A stretch of DNA of 62,802 bases from a virus (Duplodnaviria; Caudoviricetes), in the IMG/VR virus record IMGVR_UViG_3300027833_000047, positions 1 through 62,802 of that record; one strand, written 5' to 3'. Position numbers and translations under genes: made by a program. This document shows, one piece after another, positions 11,098 to 22,125 of the stretch. The notes beneath the pieces are model-generated. The model worked only from the letters and a program-made list of their open reading frames with translations. It was not told the origin of the DNA and did no database searches. Positions within the stretch are counted from its first letter, which is position 1, and every line of letters starts with the position of its first letter.

Positions 11098-12180
11098 TTA
11101 CTCGTTATTATTGTTTATTCTGAAGTAACCATACCCATAAGATACCATGTCACCTAAGTTATCCACCTCTCCAAGTCTTTGTAGTGATTCAAAACCTGAA
11201 AGCTTGCCTCTTTCAATAAATATTTCAGATTGTATTTCTGGCGAGTCAACTACGTTAATTAATACTTCTTGTTTAGTAATTGCTGACGCAACTAGCTCAT
11301 TACTTGTTAAACCTGAAGATTCGGCGATATATAATGTGGTACCATCTAAGTAATCATAGTATTGAACATTATTAATTGTATAGGAGGTATATCCACTAGT
11401 TATTTGGTCTACCTTACCAAAAGGTTGACCCCCTTTAACCACTGTAGTGCTTATATCAAATTGAGTATTTCCATACAATTTAAGTTCAGATAACCTTGAA
11501 GAACTAAACCCACTTAGTATAAATGGTACTGTAGTGAAATTATTAGACGTTTGACTTTGTACTGTATTAGAACTGTCCCCCGTAAAAATATAATCGTAAC
11601 TAATAGGTATTCCTGACCAGCTACCACCTTGAGGAGTAAATGTAACATTACCATAAGGATTAGTTATTGTCACCCCTGTTGTTGGAACATAAACTGTTTT
11701 CTCAACTATCGTTTGTCCCCATGGATTATTTTGAGTCAATGTTATAACATAACTATTGGTTATATTAGGATAAGTATGTGATAAATACTGAGGAGCATTT
11801 GACGTTAGTGGTTCACTAAAACCGTCCCCCCAATCGACAATATAGTCAGACAACTTTAAAAATCCTTTAAATTCATCAGACGTGTTAAATAACCTTATCG
11901 TATTTTGATTAGACGGGTCACCTGATGTTATAAAATTTGATACCACATCTTGTTGTAACGCGAACCCATCAAATGGAGTATAAAAACCGTAGTTTTCATA
12001 CGTTTGTCTAAAAACTATTGGCACTGTTAACCCTGTTAATAAACTACTACCATCCGTACCCCCACTTAATATTTGAGTCATACCAGTATAAACACCAAAA
12101 GTGTTTCCACTAAAGTATTCAGTGATAACGTCACCTTTTATTGATTCGGGTGAAATCTTTATGTAGTATTTCTCTTCCAT
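11098..12180 (-). CDS. Structural protein with a PKD-like segment (360 aa)
   Basis: YIVDWGDG...LSHTY...YVITLT matches the PKD pattern; rich in [ST]Gx[ST]. Confidence 0.55.
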   Translation of the reverse strand: MEEKYYIKISPESIKGDVITEYFSGNTFGVYTGMTQILSGGTDGSSLLTGLTVPIVFRQTYENYGFYTPFDGFALQQDVVSNFITSGDPSNQNTIRLFNTSDEFKGFLKLSDYIVDWGDGFSEPLTSNAPQYLSHTYPNITNSYVITLTQNNPWGQTIVEKTVYVPTTGVTITNPYGNVTFTPQGGSWSGIPISYDYIFTGDSSNTVQSQTSNNFTTVPFILSGFSSSRLSELKLYGNTQFDISTTVVKGGQPFGKVDQITSGYTSYTINNVQYYDYLDGTTLYIAESSGLTSNELVASAITKQEVLINVVDSPEIQSEIFIERGKLSGFESLQRLGEVDNLGDMVSYGYGYFRINNNNE

Positions 12181-13040
12181 TATTGTGGATTAACATATTC
12201 ATACCATTTTATACCGTTTGTAAGTTGTCCTACACGATTTCCTAAACCGTATCCTTGAAACACTTGATACTGATAATTATTCACATCTAAATCAACCTTA
12301 TAATAAAAGTATTCAGTTTTATTAAATTTAAACGTTTCACTCATTTCAGATTGTGGTCGATTAATCATTCTAACAAATTGTCCGGTTTTGGCATTAAAAA
12401 ATTTAGCCGACATGTAAAATGTATTAACATCAATATATTCTCTACTTTTTAACCAATAAATAAAATACCCTTCTTTATCACCTATAAAATCTAAATTAAA
12501 AGTGGGGGTTCTTATTATAACAGGCTTTGGTACTGATGGTGTTCCAATATCCACACCTTGTTTTTCTCCTTGTTGAGTAGGTATCACCAATGTGAAGTAT
12601 AATCTTTGGTTTTCAGGTTGTTTGGAATCGTAAAAATCCAACTTAAAAAAACTCCTCTTAAAGGAATTAGCGTAGTAATACATTTCTTTATTAGTAAATG
12701 AAATTCCGCTATATGTTTGGTAAACTGAGGGGTCCACGTAATTGTAACTTGAAACCCACATATTAGTATTCGCCGGTGTAGTATTATTAACGTCTATGTC
12801 CCTATTAAAAAAGAAAAACTCATAAGTCGTACTAGTTTTAGGCTCATTATTAACCGTTAACCACTGAGTATGTGAATATCTAGTAGTCTCAAAATCCTCC
12901 ACAGGGTTAATGATTTCCTCAAGCACATCATTTTCATATTGCTTAATTAAGTCTTCCCTCCCAAAATTATCAAAATCAATTTCTACGGGTAGATTAATAT
13001 ATGTGTCTCCATTATTAACGGTAAATCTAAATTTATTCAC
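12180..13040 (-). CDS. Hypothetical structural protein (286 aa)
   Basis: Start and stop overlap the neighbours (translational coupling). Confidence 0.6.
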   Translation of the reverse strand: MNKFRFTVNNGDTYINLPVEIDFDNFGREDLIKQYENDVLEEIINPVEDFETTRYSHTQWLTVNNEPKTSTTYEFFFFNRDIDVNNTTPANTNMWVSSYNYVDPSVYQTYSGISFTNKEMYYYANSFKRSFFKLDFYDSKQPENQRLYFTLVIPTQQGEKQGVDIGTPSVPKPVIIRTPTFNLDFIGDKEGYFIYWLKSREYIDVNTFYMSAKFFNAKTGQFVRMINRPQSEMSETFKFNKTEYFYYKVDLDVNNYQYQVFQGYGLGNRVGQLTNGIKWYEYVNPQ

Positions 13041-14781
13041 AATTATCTATTATTGGTTGAAAGATTATGTTATTAAAAACGTTATTATTTTTCATTAGTG
13101 GAGTTTGTAGGAATAGTACCTCACCAAATGGATAATGCTCACCATTTAAAAATGGATAATTAACACCGTTACCACTTGAATCAACAAACCCATAAGAGTA
13201 TATGTCTCTCCATCTCCATTGTTGTTCATAGTTTGAAAAGAATGAATAGTCAGGTACACCACTTACATCATTTTTATCGCCCACCTCAATATAATCAGAA
13301 TATACTCTTAATTTTACTGAATGATGCGGATTATACGTATAACCATCAGGTAAATTAATATTCGCATTCGTTGTAAAAAAATCAGAATTAAATGAAAATT
13401 TATGTGATATCGGTGAGAGTACAGTTTCTTTTTGGTCGAATTCATTCCACTCACAGATGTCACCCTTTAATTCAGTACCGATAGGTAAATCTTTATTATA
13501 GTAAAATCTTACATTTAATCCGTTATCACCTGTTCTATCATAAAAATCAACATCAATATTATCTTTATTATTATTATTTATTTTAGACCACCAATTATCC
13601 ACACTATTTTCTAAAAAATTAAAACTCCATCCAACTTCTAACCCTTTGGTTGGGTAAGTTTGTGATGGTTTATTGAAGTATCCGATATATCCTTTATTAA
13701 CTATAGTAATAAATAATTCAGTAACTGGTCGGTCTAAATTATCCATTAAAGAAATAATATCAATATCTTTATCAAATGATACGCCAAACGTACCTCTCCC
13801 ATCTTTAACAGATATTCTTTCAACTTGATTAGGAGTCAATGCCGAATATTCTAATTTTTTATTCACAGGAAAATTATTCTGTTCAAAACCCATTTTAGTT
13901 AAATCAACATTTGAAACATTCGTTAAAGTTTTATGTTTTCTAACATAGTATTTAGACATCGTTTCACCCGAATTTTTAGGATTTATAACACGCTTTAAAT
14001 TTGACATATACCCATCACTAATTGTTACTCCAGTAAACCCATAATTATAAACATTAAGAATTTTGTCGTCATTTCCGTATGATTGGTCCCCTAAACTATA
14101 CACCTCGAGCAGGTTACTACCATTTATTGGTGTATTTAAATAAATGCTATCTCCTTGTTTTATATTATGTTTGTAACCACAATAAAAGCTTAACATATTC
14201 TTACCGTTCACCACTCGGTTTTTAATCGTATAGGGTATACCTTCAGAAACTTGAAACGATATATCGGTACCACTTTCCTCATCAGTATATTCCATTATTT
14301 GATTGTAATCATTACTATGTGGATACGTTAGGTAGGTGGACCAATTATAAGTTGAAGCGCTTTTACTTCTGTATATGATATGACCAGGTACTCCGCTTGT
14401 TCTAAAAAAATTAAACTCATCATATGGAGGATACCCTTTCCAATCACAATTTGCGTAGACACCTAAAGCGTCCACAACCGTCTTAGTTGGGTCAATTAAA
14501 TATAATTCATTCTCGAAGGCTTGATAGTTATTTGTTTTACCTGAAACAATGTTATCAAACAGATTAACTATCTTACCGGCAACTCTAAATTTAGTTGATA
14601 TTTGTCTTTCGTGGTCAAACCTTTCTTCTAAATTTAATAAAACGGTTCTATCCCCTTCAATAATACTTTTTTTAGTATTCTCAATCGGTACTTGGACAAA
14701 CAAATCCGTATCAGGTGCTCCGGCATATCTATCAGAGCCCCTAACAATCCTTATTGTCTGATTATTTTTTTGATTACCCAT
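13033..14781 (-). CDS. Hypothetical structural protein (582 aa)
   Basis: Long ORF coupled to its neighbours. Confidence 0.6.
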   Translation of the reverse strand: MGNQKNNQTIRIVRGSDRYAGAPDTDLFVQVPIENTKKSIIEGDRTVLLNLEERFDHERQISTKFRVAGKIVNLFDNIVSGKTNNYQAFENELYLIDPTKTVVDALGVYANCDWKGYPPYDEFNFFRTSGVPGHIIYRSKSASTYNWSTYLTYPHSNDYNQIMEYTDEESGTDISFQVSEGIPYTIKNRVVNGKNMLSFYCGYKHNIKQGDSIYLNTPINGSNLLEVYSLGDQSYGNDDKILNVYNYGFTGVTISDGYMSNLKRVINPKNSGETMSKYYVRKHKTLTNVSNVDLTKMGFEQNNFPVNKKLEYSALTPNQVERISVKDGRGTFGVSFDKDIDIISLMDNLDRPVTELFITIVNKGYIGYFNKPSQTYPTKGLEVGWSFNFLENSVDNWWSKINNNNKDNIDVDFYDRTGDNGLNVRFYYNKDLPIGTELKGDICEWNEFDQKETVLSPISHKFSFNSDFFTTNANINLPDGYTYNPHHSVKLRVYSDYIEVGDKNDVSGVPDYSFFSNYEQQWRWRDIYSYGFVDSSGNGVNYPFLNGEHYPFGEVLFLQTPLMKNNNVFNNIIFQPIIDNCE

Positions 14782-17700
14782 TTAAGTCCGCGTTAAACAT
14801 ATATTTAGTTATGAATAAATTCATTGCACTTTTTCCTTTTTTTAATCCAAAATAATTATGAAATGGTGAACCAACTCGAAACCCTTTAGACGCCTGTTGT
14901 CCTGAACCACTTGCAGGTGGTATACTACCAGTAAAACTACCTAATGGTCGGTTAAATAAGAACCCTGTTCCAAGTCCATTAATAGGTTGGGGATAATCAT
15001 TAAAACCATCAAATTCCTCATTTTGATATTTACCCGATAGTGATGGTGAATTATTGGTCTTCCATGTATTTTCCTCACTACCCCAAACGTTACCATTACT
15101 TTCATATTTCCACCCATAATATGGTACTTCTTGAGCTCCAGGGTATTTAAAATCATCTGTTATGAATGGGTTAAGTTCATTAAAAGTTAGTTGTCCCGGC
15201 CCCAATATTCTTCTGTCTTCAACGGTACTACCAATATTGTTATATAAACTTTTTGTACTACCGGTAAACCATATACCCATTAAATTTTCATTAACCGATA
15301 TACTATCTGAATAGTTTCCAGATAAGTAAGGTAATACACCAAATTCACTATTAATAGAAATCATTTGAGCATAATCTCCATCGACTCTAGAGTCAGTAAA
15401 ACTTGAACCTGCACCAGTAGAGGCGTCTCTTGAAAATAATTTTTGTATAGCTGCGTCTCCAACACCTAATAAATCCTCTAAAAAGCTTGAAGATATTAAT
15501 CTAGAAATTATAAATAAATTTAAAATTCCAGAAATATCTTGATAAGATGTGGACTCAACCTCATCAATAATATACCCTTGAAATTCAGGTGTTAATAAAA
15601 TTTCTTTTAGAAAATCAGTTTTTGGACCTAAATCCATTATTGTTGTTGGTTGGAAAATGTTACCTTTATTTGCACCTTCGGTCATCAATCCACCAAAAAA
15701 TCCGTAATCACATTCTTTTGATGGTGTAAAATTACCGTTGTAATATGGCGCGGACCGATAAAAAAATGAATTAGTGTCTGTGTTAAAATACAATGGTCCA
15801 CAATTTTTCTTATCTGCCGAAAAGATACCAGTACCACTACTTCGGTCACCACAAAACTTGTAACGTTTTACTTCATTATTACTATTATAAAAAGTTTTCT
15901 TTTGAAACGATGGCATATATAACGTACCGTTAATCCAACTATTTTGAAACATATGACCAACTACACCTCTACATGCTCCAAACATAAATCTAAATCTAGT
16001 TCTCCACTCAAATAATAATGGGTAGTCGATAGTAAACAAACTTATAATTAAAGGGTTATCTACAAAAACATAACAACCACCAACAACCCTATCGGCATCT
16101 TTTTTAGTACATGGGTTCGAAACACCAAAAGTGTCTCCCTCCCCCTCGTAACAATCAAGAGGTACTAATCCTTGACAAGTAAAACTATCTAATACCCCTC
16201 CTGGTAGTTCATCAGAATCGGGGTCCGCCTCGAAATCCCCTAATCCTCCTGACGAATCACTAGACGAATTTTGTGAACCTCCACCCACTAAATTACTTTG
16301 ACCGTTATCACTAACATTCCAATAAGCAAATGTTTCATTTAACATTAACGGAAAATCCTGATATTGTCTTAAATCAGGGTCAAGACCCGTATCTCTATAC
16401 GATGAAGTGGGTAACCTATCAGACCTGAATATTAATTGAGTTTCATCATTCATCTCAATGGTTGGTGTATTATTATTTAGTACTAATGGGTCATCATTTA
16501 ACCAATATGATGGTGCAATAGTATATCCCCTATCATTAGTCGAGTTAAAGTTTATAAGCGTATTTGGATTACAATCTGTCCACTGATATGATGCTCCGTC
16601 AATACGTCCCTGACCAAGAATATTTTGTGGACCTCTACTAACTGACAAAAAGGTTCTAACTCCACTTCCTTGTGCCGGTGGGTGTGCTGGAGTACTTAGG
16701 TAAGAAGTGACAGTCATACCATCTGGAGAACCCATAGGGCCGACATTGGGTACTGCTGAACCTAAGTTGTTACCCCATTGTTCACCTAGTGATGAATAAT
16801 ATGCAAATGCTGTAGTATCAAACGATTTAAATGAATTCATTAAGTTTACACACCAAGTACCTAAACCACCTACGTTTCCAGCAGTGTTTTGTGAACTAAT
16901 AACTGTTAATTCAAATTGTCCTGTCGCTGATACATATGAATTTACAGTACCGATTATATAATTTGCATCATTCAAAGATACTTTTACAATTTGTCCTGAG
17001 ACATATGGTAAATTTGTAGCTATTGATAATGGACCAAGAGTTGCTCCTGGACTTTGAGGTAAAAGTATGGTTTGTGAACTACAATACTCATACAATGAAC
17101 TATTTTCAGGTGGCGTAAACAAAAAAGGACTATGAAATAATTTATCATTAGTATTACCACCCGCAGTCGAATTATTAAATCGGCGAGTACCTGATGTAAC
17201 AAGGTTAGAATAGTGTCTTTCAGGAGCATAAAACCCACTTGCCTCATCAGTCGGACCAATAGGTATATTGGGGAAATAGTCACCCTCAAAATTATATTCA
17301 GAAATTAAATTACTATACACTGGCTCACCATACATACGGGAGACATTAAATTTCATCTTTTGTCTTGGAGAATAAGGGTCAACACCTTTCGATAAAAAAT
17401 ATATTTTTAAATTTTTATATTCTGCGTAGTAGTCTAAAGGTCTTAATGGGGTAATAATTTGGGTATCTGTCATCCCAAAGGACTGTCTACAGGTAAACTC
17501 GACTCTTTTATCTATCAGGTAATTCCATAATATTGACTTAGTTAAGTAATTACTACCCGCACCCGACATAACATCCATCGCATCCCCTATAGTAATACTA
17601 CCAATTACTTGATGATACTCGATACCCATTTTAAAATTATATGACATACCTGAATTAGGTGAGTAGAGGTCCATATCGACATATTGAACACTACCGTCAG

Positions 17701-20209
17701 GTTTTATATACGTTAATCCATTTGGTGCTTGAACATACGCCGAAGGATTTGAAACCATAGACCCTGTTATGCTTTGGTACCCGTATTGATTAACTGTTAA
17801 ACCACTATTATTAACGTTTTCATCAGGTATAAGTTCAGGGTCAACAAAACTTAATAATTGACCATTATCCATGTCAACTTGACCGTCAGTAACCATTATA
17901 AGTGGCATATCCTCATATCGATTTCTAACATTTGTCACAGGAATCGTATCAGGGACACCAATTGTTGATAATTGGTCATTTATAACATCAACCAACATAC
18001 GATTCGGCATATAGTTTTGAGTACCATCACTTAAAAAATCAAAATATCGTTCCCTCTGATTCATTAAGTTTACCGCTTGAGGTAATGTTACGTTATACAC
18101 CATTCGAGCAACTGGACCACCAACAGCGGGGTCATTTAAAGAAAAGGGGCTTTTATACCACCTATTACTAGGGTCAGTAAAACCACCACCCGTTAACTCA
18201 ACATCGGGGTCATATCCTGAAAACATAACCATATTATAATTTTCCGCCACACCGCTTCCATCACTATTACCGTAACAAACGTTACAAGGACTTTGGGCAC
18301 CACCACTAGGGTCACAGTATATTGGTTGTTCATAAGCCCCAATACTTACAAAATCCGCTAAATTACTTTCGTTATTATTAGCTAATAAAATATCCATATC
18401 ATCAAGAGTTTCACTCTCAGCTGGTGGCATATTAATGTCCTCACAAGAACAAGCTTCACAATCAGGATAAGTCATCATTGGTAAAGTTAACCTCTTAAAT
18501 GGGTTGTCTTTAGATAGTGGAGTAATGGTTTCTTTTTTACAGTCACTTTTCTTTAATTTACTACTAAGCCACGCAACAACCTTACAAATACCGTAAACTA
18601 ATTTATTTATTATCCAAAGAACCAAATTAATAATAACCCTAAAAATTGGATACAATAAAGCTAATACGTGCATTATAGGTAAGATAACAACTATAACCGG
18701 AGTCACAATCGTTAATAATATATTAAATAGAAAATATAAAAAATCAAAATTTCTTTGACCGTCATTAGTAGGAAACTTATTATTCTCACTAGCGCATGAC
18801 TTATCTAAAATTTCTTTTATACCGTAATGAGACGCCCGATTTATACCATATTTCCAACGGTCGATATGTGCTGCGGTAGTATATACTTTATTAAATCCAA
18901 ATAAATAAAAGGTGTCTTCACATTTTATAGCCGAATCTTTATCATAGTAATCATCCCAATTTAAAGAAAAGGAATAAGATTTATTACGATTTTCCCAAGT
19001 ACCCCCGTAGTTGCTGTTTGGGCTAGTACTACCCGTCCAATGTTCTTTTATATTTGGAACTAAGTAATTTGCCCTCATTATTTGACTTTGTAACCCCGCC
19101 TCATTTTGCCATTTAATTTTAAACCTATATTTAGATTTAGTCGGAATACCTATTGTCGGGTCAACTGAAATAACTCTTTCACCAAATTCATTAGTGGTTA
19201 TATAATCTAAATTCATTGGTATATCTATTAACCAAGCCCCATTGTCGTCTATAACATTACCTCCGTCCTCTAACTGATATTGCTCAAGTACGGGGTCACC
19301 ATTTTCATCTTCTTGTATGGTATGTCTTATGGCTAAAATTTCACCAGGACCAGCCACCATATCACATAAATTACCCGTATCTTTTTTAGGTCGACAACTT
19401 GACTTAATGTATTCATCATCGTTTGATGATGATATAGAACCCATAAATGTTGAATGTGGTATTATCTCAATTCCTTGGTCGGCTAAATCAAAATCTACCC
19501 TTGTAATTCCAACGTCACACATGTCATCTTGACCCCAAAATGAACTAACATCTATGTCCTTTATTTCATGAACTATCTGAGGTAGTGAGTCAATGTTTTC
19601 CGAATCCTTAAATAATTGACCATTGAATTGTGATTTTACTCCCCTACCCATCCTTATTAAATCAGAAGGTCTTAATGAAAACTCACCCATATTAGATAAG
19701 TCTAAATCCATAATTATTTTTTGACTACCTAATGGAACCCCCACTATCATAAAATCCCCCGACTCATTAGTTCTTACAGAATACTTATAATACTTTTCAT
19801 AAACCTGTAGTACTTCTTTACGTGTTAACACATCATCGACCGTTGGAAATGTTCCTGTAGCATTATGACCATAATACTCGTCCTCATAGGGTAAAAGATT
19901 ATAACGATACCCATCCTCATTTTTAGTGGTCGGCGTCTTATACGGATAAAGTGTGGATATTATTGGGTCTTCCTCATCTACACTATCTAAAGGTATGAAA
20001 ATAGAGATATGAGCGTTAGGTATACCTAAACCCCCATTGGCGATTACACGACCAACCACTACACCGTAGTTAGCACAGAACTGCGTATATAGGTCTTCTT
20101 GTCTTAATTTTAAAGACAGAATTTCCAAAGAATCAAAATCTTGGTCAATTTTAATATTAATATTTCTATCAACACCAGGTTCTGTTCTTATTCTAATAGA
20201 TTTTGGCAT
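14774..20209 (-). CDS. Large virion-associated protein (1811 aa) with an N-terminal carboxypeptidase-regulatory-like beta domain and a central hydrophobic/TM segment
   Basis: VVVGRVIANGGLGIPNAHISIF...RTNESGDFMIVGVPLG; hydrophobic stretch FLYFLFNILLTIVTPVIVVILPIMHVLALLYPIFRVIINLVLWII. Confidence 0.6.
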   Translation of the reverse strand: MPKSIRIRTEPGVDRNINIKIDQDFDSLEILSLKLRQEDLYTQFCANYGVVVGRVIANGGLGIPNAHISIFIPLDSVDEEDPIISTLYPYKTPTTKNEDGYRYNLLPYEDEYYGHNATGTFPTVDDVLTRKEVLQVYEKYYKYSVRTNESGDFMIVGVPLGSQKIIMDLDLSNMGEFSLRPSDLIRMGRGVKSQFNGQLFKDSENIDSLPQIVHEIKDIDVSSFWGQDDMCDVGITRVDFDLADQGIEIIPHSTFMGSISSSNDDEYIKSSCRPKKDTGNLCDMVAGPGEILAIRHTIQEDENGDPVLEQYQLEDGGNVIDDNGAWLIDIPMNLDYITTNEFGERVISVDPTIGIPTKSKYRFKIKWQNEAGLQSQIMRANYLVPNIKEHWTGSTSPNSNYGGTWENRNKSYSFSLNWDDYYDKDSAIKCEDTFYLFGFNKVYTTAAHIDRWKYGINRASHYGIKEILDKSCASENNKFPTNDGQRNFDFLYFLFNILLTIVTPVIVVILPIMHVLALLYPIFRVIINLVLWIINKLVYGICKVVAWLSSKLKKSDCKKETITPLSKDNPFKRLTLPMMTYPDCEACSCEDINMPPAESETLDDMDILLANNNESNLADFVSIGAYEQPIYCDPSGGAQSPCNVCYGNSDGSGVAENYNMVMFSGYDPDVELTGGGFTDPSNRWYKSPFSLNDPAVGGPVARMVYNVTLPQAVNLMNQRERYFDFLSDGTQNYMPNRMLVDVINDQLSTIGVPDTIPVTNVRNRYEDMPLIMVTDGQVDMDNGQLLSFVDPELIPDENVNNSGLTVNQYGYQSITGSMVSNPSAYVQAPNGLTYIKPDGSVQYVDMDLYSPNSGMSYNFKMGIEYHQVIGSITIGDAMDVMSGAGSNYLTKSILWNYLIDKRVEFTCRQSFGMTDTQIITPLRPLDYYAEYKNLKIYFLSKGVDPYSPRQKMKFNVSRMYGEPVYSNLISEYNFEGDYFPNIPIGPTDEASGFYAPERHYSNLVTSGTRRFNNSTAGGNTNDKLFHSPFLFTPPENSSLYEYCSSQTILLPQSPGATLGPLSIATNLPYVSGQIVKVSLNDANYIIGTVNSYVSATGQFELTVISSQNTAGNVGGLGTWCVNLMNSFKSFDTTAFAYYSSLGEQWGNNLGSAVPNVGPMGSPDGMTVTSYLSTPAHPPAQGSGVRTFLSVSRGPQNILGQGRIDGASYQWTDCNPNTLINFNSTNDRGYTIAPSYWLNDDPLVLNNNTPTIEMNDETQLIFRSDRLPTSSYRDTGLDPDLRQYQDFPLMLNETFAYWNVSDNGQSNLVGGGSQNSSSDSSGGLGDFEADPDSDELPGGVLDSFTCQGLVPLDCYEGEGDTFGVSNPCTKKDADRVVGGCYVFVDNPLIISLFTIDYPLLFEWRTRFRFMFGACRGVVGHMFQNSWINGTLYMPSFQKKTFYNSNNEVKRYKFCGDRSSGTGIFSADKKNCGPLYFNTDTNSFFYRSAPYYNGNFTPSKECDYGFFGGLMTEGANKGNIFQPTTIMDLGPKTDFLKEILLTPEFQGYIIDEVESTSYQDISGILNLFIISRLISSSFLEDLLGVGDAAIQKLFSRDASTGAGSSFTDSRVDGDYAQMISINSEFGVLPYLSGNYSDSISVNENLMGIWFTGSTKSLYNNIGSTVEDRRILGPGQLTFNELNPFITDDFKYPGAQEVPYYGWKYESNGNVWGSEENTWKTNNSPSLSGKYQNEEFDGFNDYPQPINGLGTGFLFNRPLGSFTGSIPPASGSGQQASKGFRVGSPFHNYFGLKKGKSAMNLFITKYMFNADLNG

Positions 20210-20222
20210 AATTAGTTTTTAA

Positions 20223-20230
20223 GATAAATA
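20223..20230 (-). promoter_or_regulatory. TATTTATC putative late-promoter motif
   Basis: 13 nt upstream of the ATG at 20209. Confidence 0.6.
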
Positions 20231-20280
20231 GTTATTCATCCTAATTTTAATTTGATTTTGTCAAAAGTATATGGATAGAT

Positions 20281-22119
20281 TTAAGAGAAGTCGACATTTT
20301 TGAGTGACTTAGCTCTTACTTTAATATCGTTATTAGGAAAACGAATTTGATATACTTGATTTGGTTGAGCGAAAATGGTGTCGTCAATTAACTGTATTTG
20401 TTTTGTTTGACTATCAGAATATCTTTGAGATGTTTGTGAATTAGAGTATCTACCCCCAACTTTCCCAAAAACCTTTAAGTCTGAAAGTGATATAACACCA
20501 GGAATATCTTGAACAATTCTCCTTACATCTGAAACATTAACATTCTCACCTAATTGTTGTTTTTGAGGTGAGAAATAACTATCAATAGAATTAATAATAT
20601 TTGTAATAATTTGTCCTTGATTCTGAGTGGAGTCCATAACGACCGATAAATCAAACTCCAAATCGACTACATTCGCACTTGATATGGATATATAATCATT
20701 TATCATACGATAATGTGATAAGTAATTGGCAATATTTTGTTTTAACGTATTAGATACTGTTTCAGTTAGTTTACCCTGAGTATCGTATGAAAGAATTTCA
20801 ATTTTTATTTTATTGTCTTCCTCAGTAATCGCCGCTTTAGCAGGTGCTCCGTACCTACTTGGCATTGTCCTTACTAATGAATTATAATCATTTACAGTGA
20901 CCGCTCTTTTTTGTGCCGCAAAATTAAATGATACCATATTTCTTACTTCATCTGTAGTTGGTAAATTACCACCACCAATTGCCGCAGTAACATTAGTAAC
21001 CCTTAAACTTTCAATTACATTTTGGCTAATTGTACTTGACGGCCCATTTACATCAAAATATGTTGTACCAAATTGAGTTAACACATCAACCCCAACGTTA
21101 GAAGCCTTACCTCCGCCGACTCGATATTGTACAAATAACGTAGTATTTGCTCTAACAGTCACACCTAACCCAATATTATTTTGATAGTTTGATAGAGTTA
21201 ATGGAATACCTGTCCTCGTAAATTCTTGTAATTGTTCTTCAGGAGTAGTGGTACCACCACCAAAATTTATTTTACAATAACCTTCGGGAGTATACTCTGA
21301 TACAAATCTAGTTTCAGACTCAATATATTTACCAACCTTAATACCTGGTTGGTCAGATGGTTTAGTTGGGTCTTCAACAAAAATTTTAGCCTCCGCTAAT
21401 GAATCGACTTCATACCACTTATTAGATGAACTTATAAATTCATCATATGTGGGCGGCGATTGGTAATTAACACCATCTTTTTGTATTAAAGTGGTAATAC
21501 TAATAACATTCTTTTCAGGTAAAAAGAATTCAAAAAATGGTCGAACATCATTATTACTAATAACTTTTTTAAACGTTTTAGTTAAACCATTAACCACGAC
21601 CTCTCTTTTAGTCATAGTATAATTTATTAAACGATTATTTGCATCAAAATTTGGTATCTTAGTACGATTTGGGTAACCCTCACTATTATATTGTGAACTA
21701 AACTCAATATCATTAGGGTTTTCAAATACTTGACCTCCACCAATAAACTGTGAACCAGCTCTCATTGTACCCAAATATCTTTCATCTTCTTGGTCACCTA
21801 AAGCAGGAACGGTTATTGATACGTCAACTAACGCTATAGATGGTCTATTACCCGGTATTTTTAAACCATATGTTCTAGCAATATTATATATTGAGGACTT
21901 TTGTTGTGCGTATTGAAGTACGGTCTCTTGTATACTACGGTCCATATGGTAATGTAAGTTATCACCAATTGCGGCATTTAAATCCATAAACACTGAATAA
22001 ATGGACGCATCATTAAAGTTACCTATTAAATCAGGGTAATATTGTTGAGTATAATTTATCAGTTCCTGTCTTAAGGATTGAAAGTCTCTATCTGTGTATG
22101 AAATTTTACGGTTAGCCAT
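20281..22119 (-). CDS. gp6: Baseplate wedge subunit (T4 gp6 / baseplate J-like)
   Basis: N-terminal YTDRDFQSLRQELINY...YYPD...FNDAS, YRVGGG..SNV, and FAAQKRAVTVNDY; adjacent to a gp25-like gene. Confidence 0.85.
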   Translation of the reverse strand: MANRKISYTDRDFQSLRQELINYTQQYYPDLIGNFNDASIYSVFMDLNAAIGDNLHYHMDRSIQETVLQYAQQKSSIYNIARTYGLKIPGNRPSIALVDVSITVPALGDQEDERYLGTMRAGSQFIGGGQVFENPNDIEFSSQYNSEGYPNRTKIPNFDANNRLINYTMTKREVVVNGLTKTFKKVISNNDVRPFFEFFLPEKNVISITTLIQKDGVNYQSPPTYDEFISSSNKWYEVDSLAEAKIFVEDPTKPSDQPGIKVGKYIESETRFVSEYTPEGYCKINFGGGTTTPEEQLQEFTRTGIPLTLSNYQNNIGLGVTVRANTTLFVQYRVGGGKASNVGVDVLTQFGTTYFDVNGPSSTISQNVIESLRVTNVTAAIGGGNLPTTDEVRNMVSFNFAAQKRAVTVNDYNSLVRTMPSRYGAPAKAAITEEDNKIKIEILSYDTQGKLTETVSNTLKQNIANYLSHYRMINDYISISSANVVDLEFDLSVVMDSTQNQGQIITNIINSIDSYFSPQKQQLGENVNVSDVRRIVQDIPGVISLSDLKVFGKVGGRYSNSQTSQRYSDSQTKQIQLIDDTIFAQPNQVYQIRFPNNDIKVRAKSLKNVDFS

Positions 22120-22125
22120 ATATTA

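Noticed and set aside
20230-20270. TTGACA on the minus strand upstream of the 1811-aa gene as a sigma70 promoter
   Set aside because: There is no acceptable -10 hexamer at 16-18 nt spacing.
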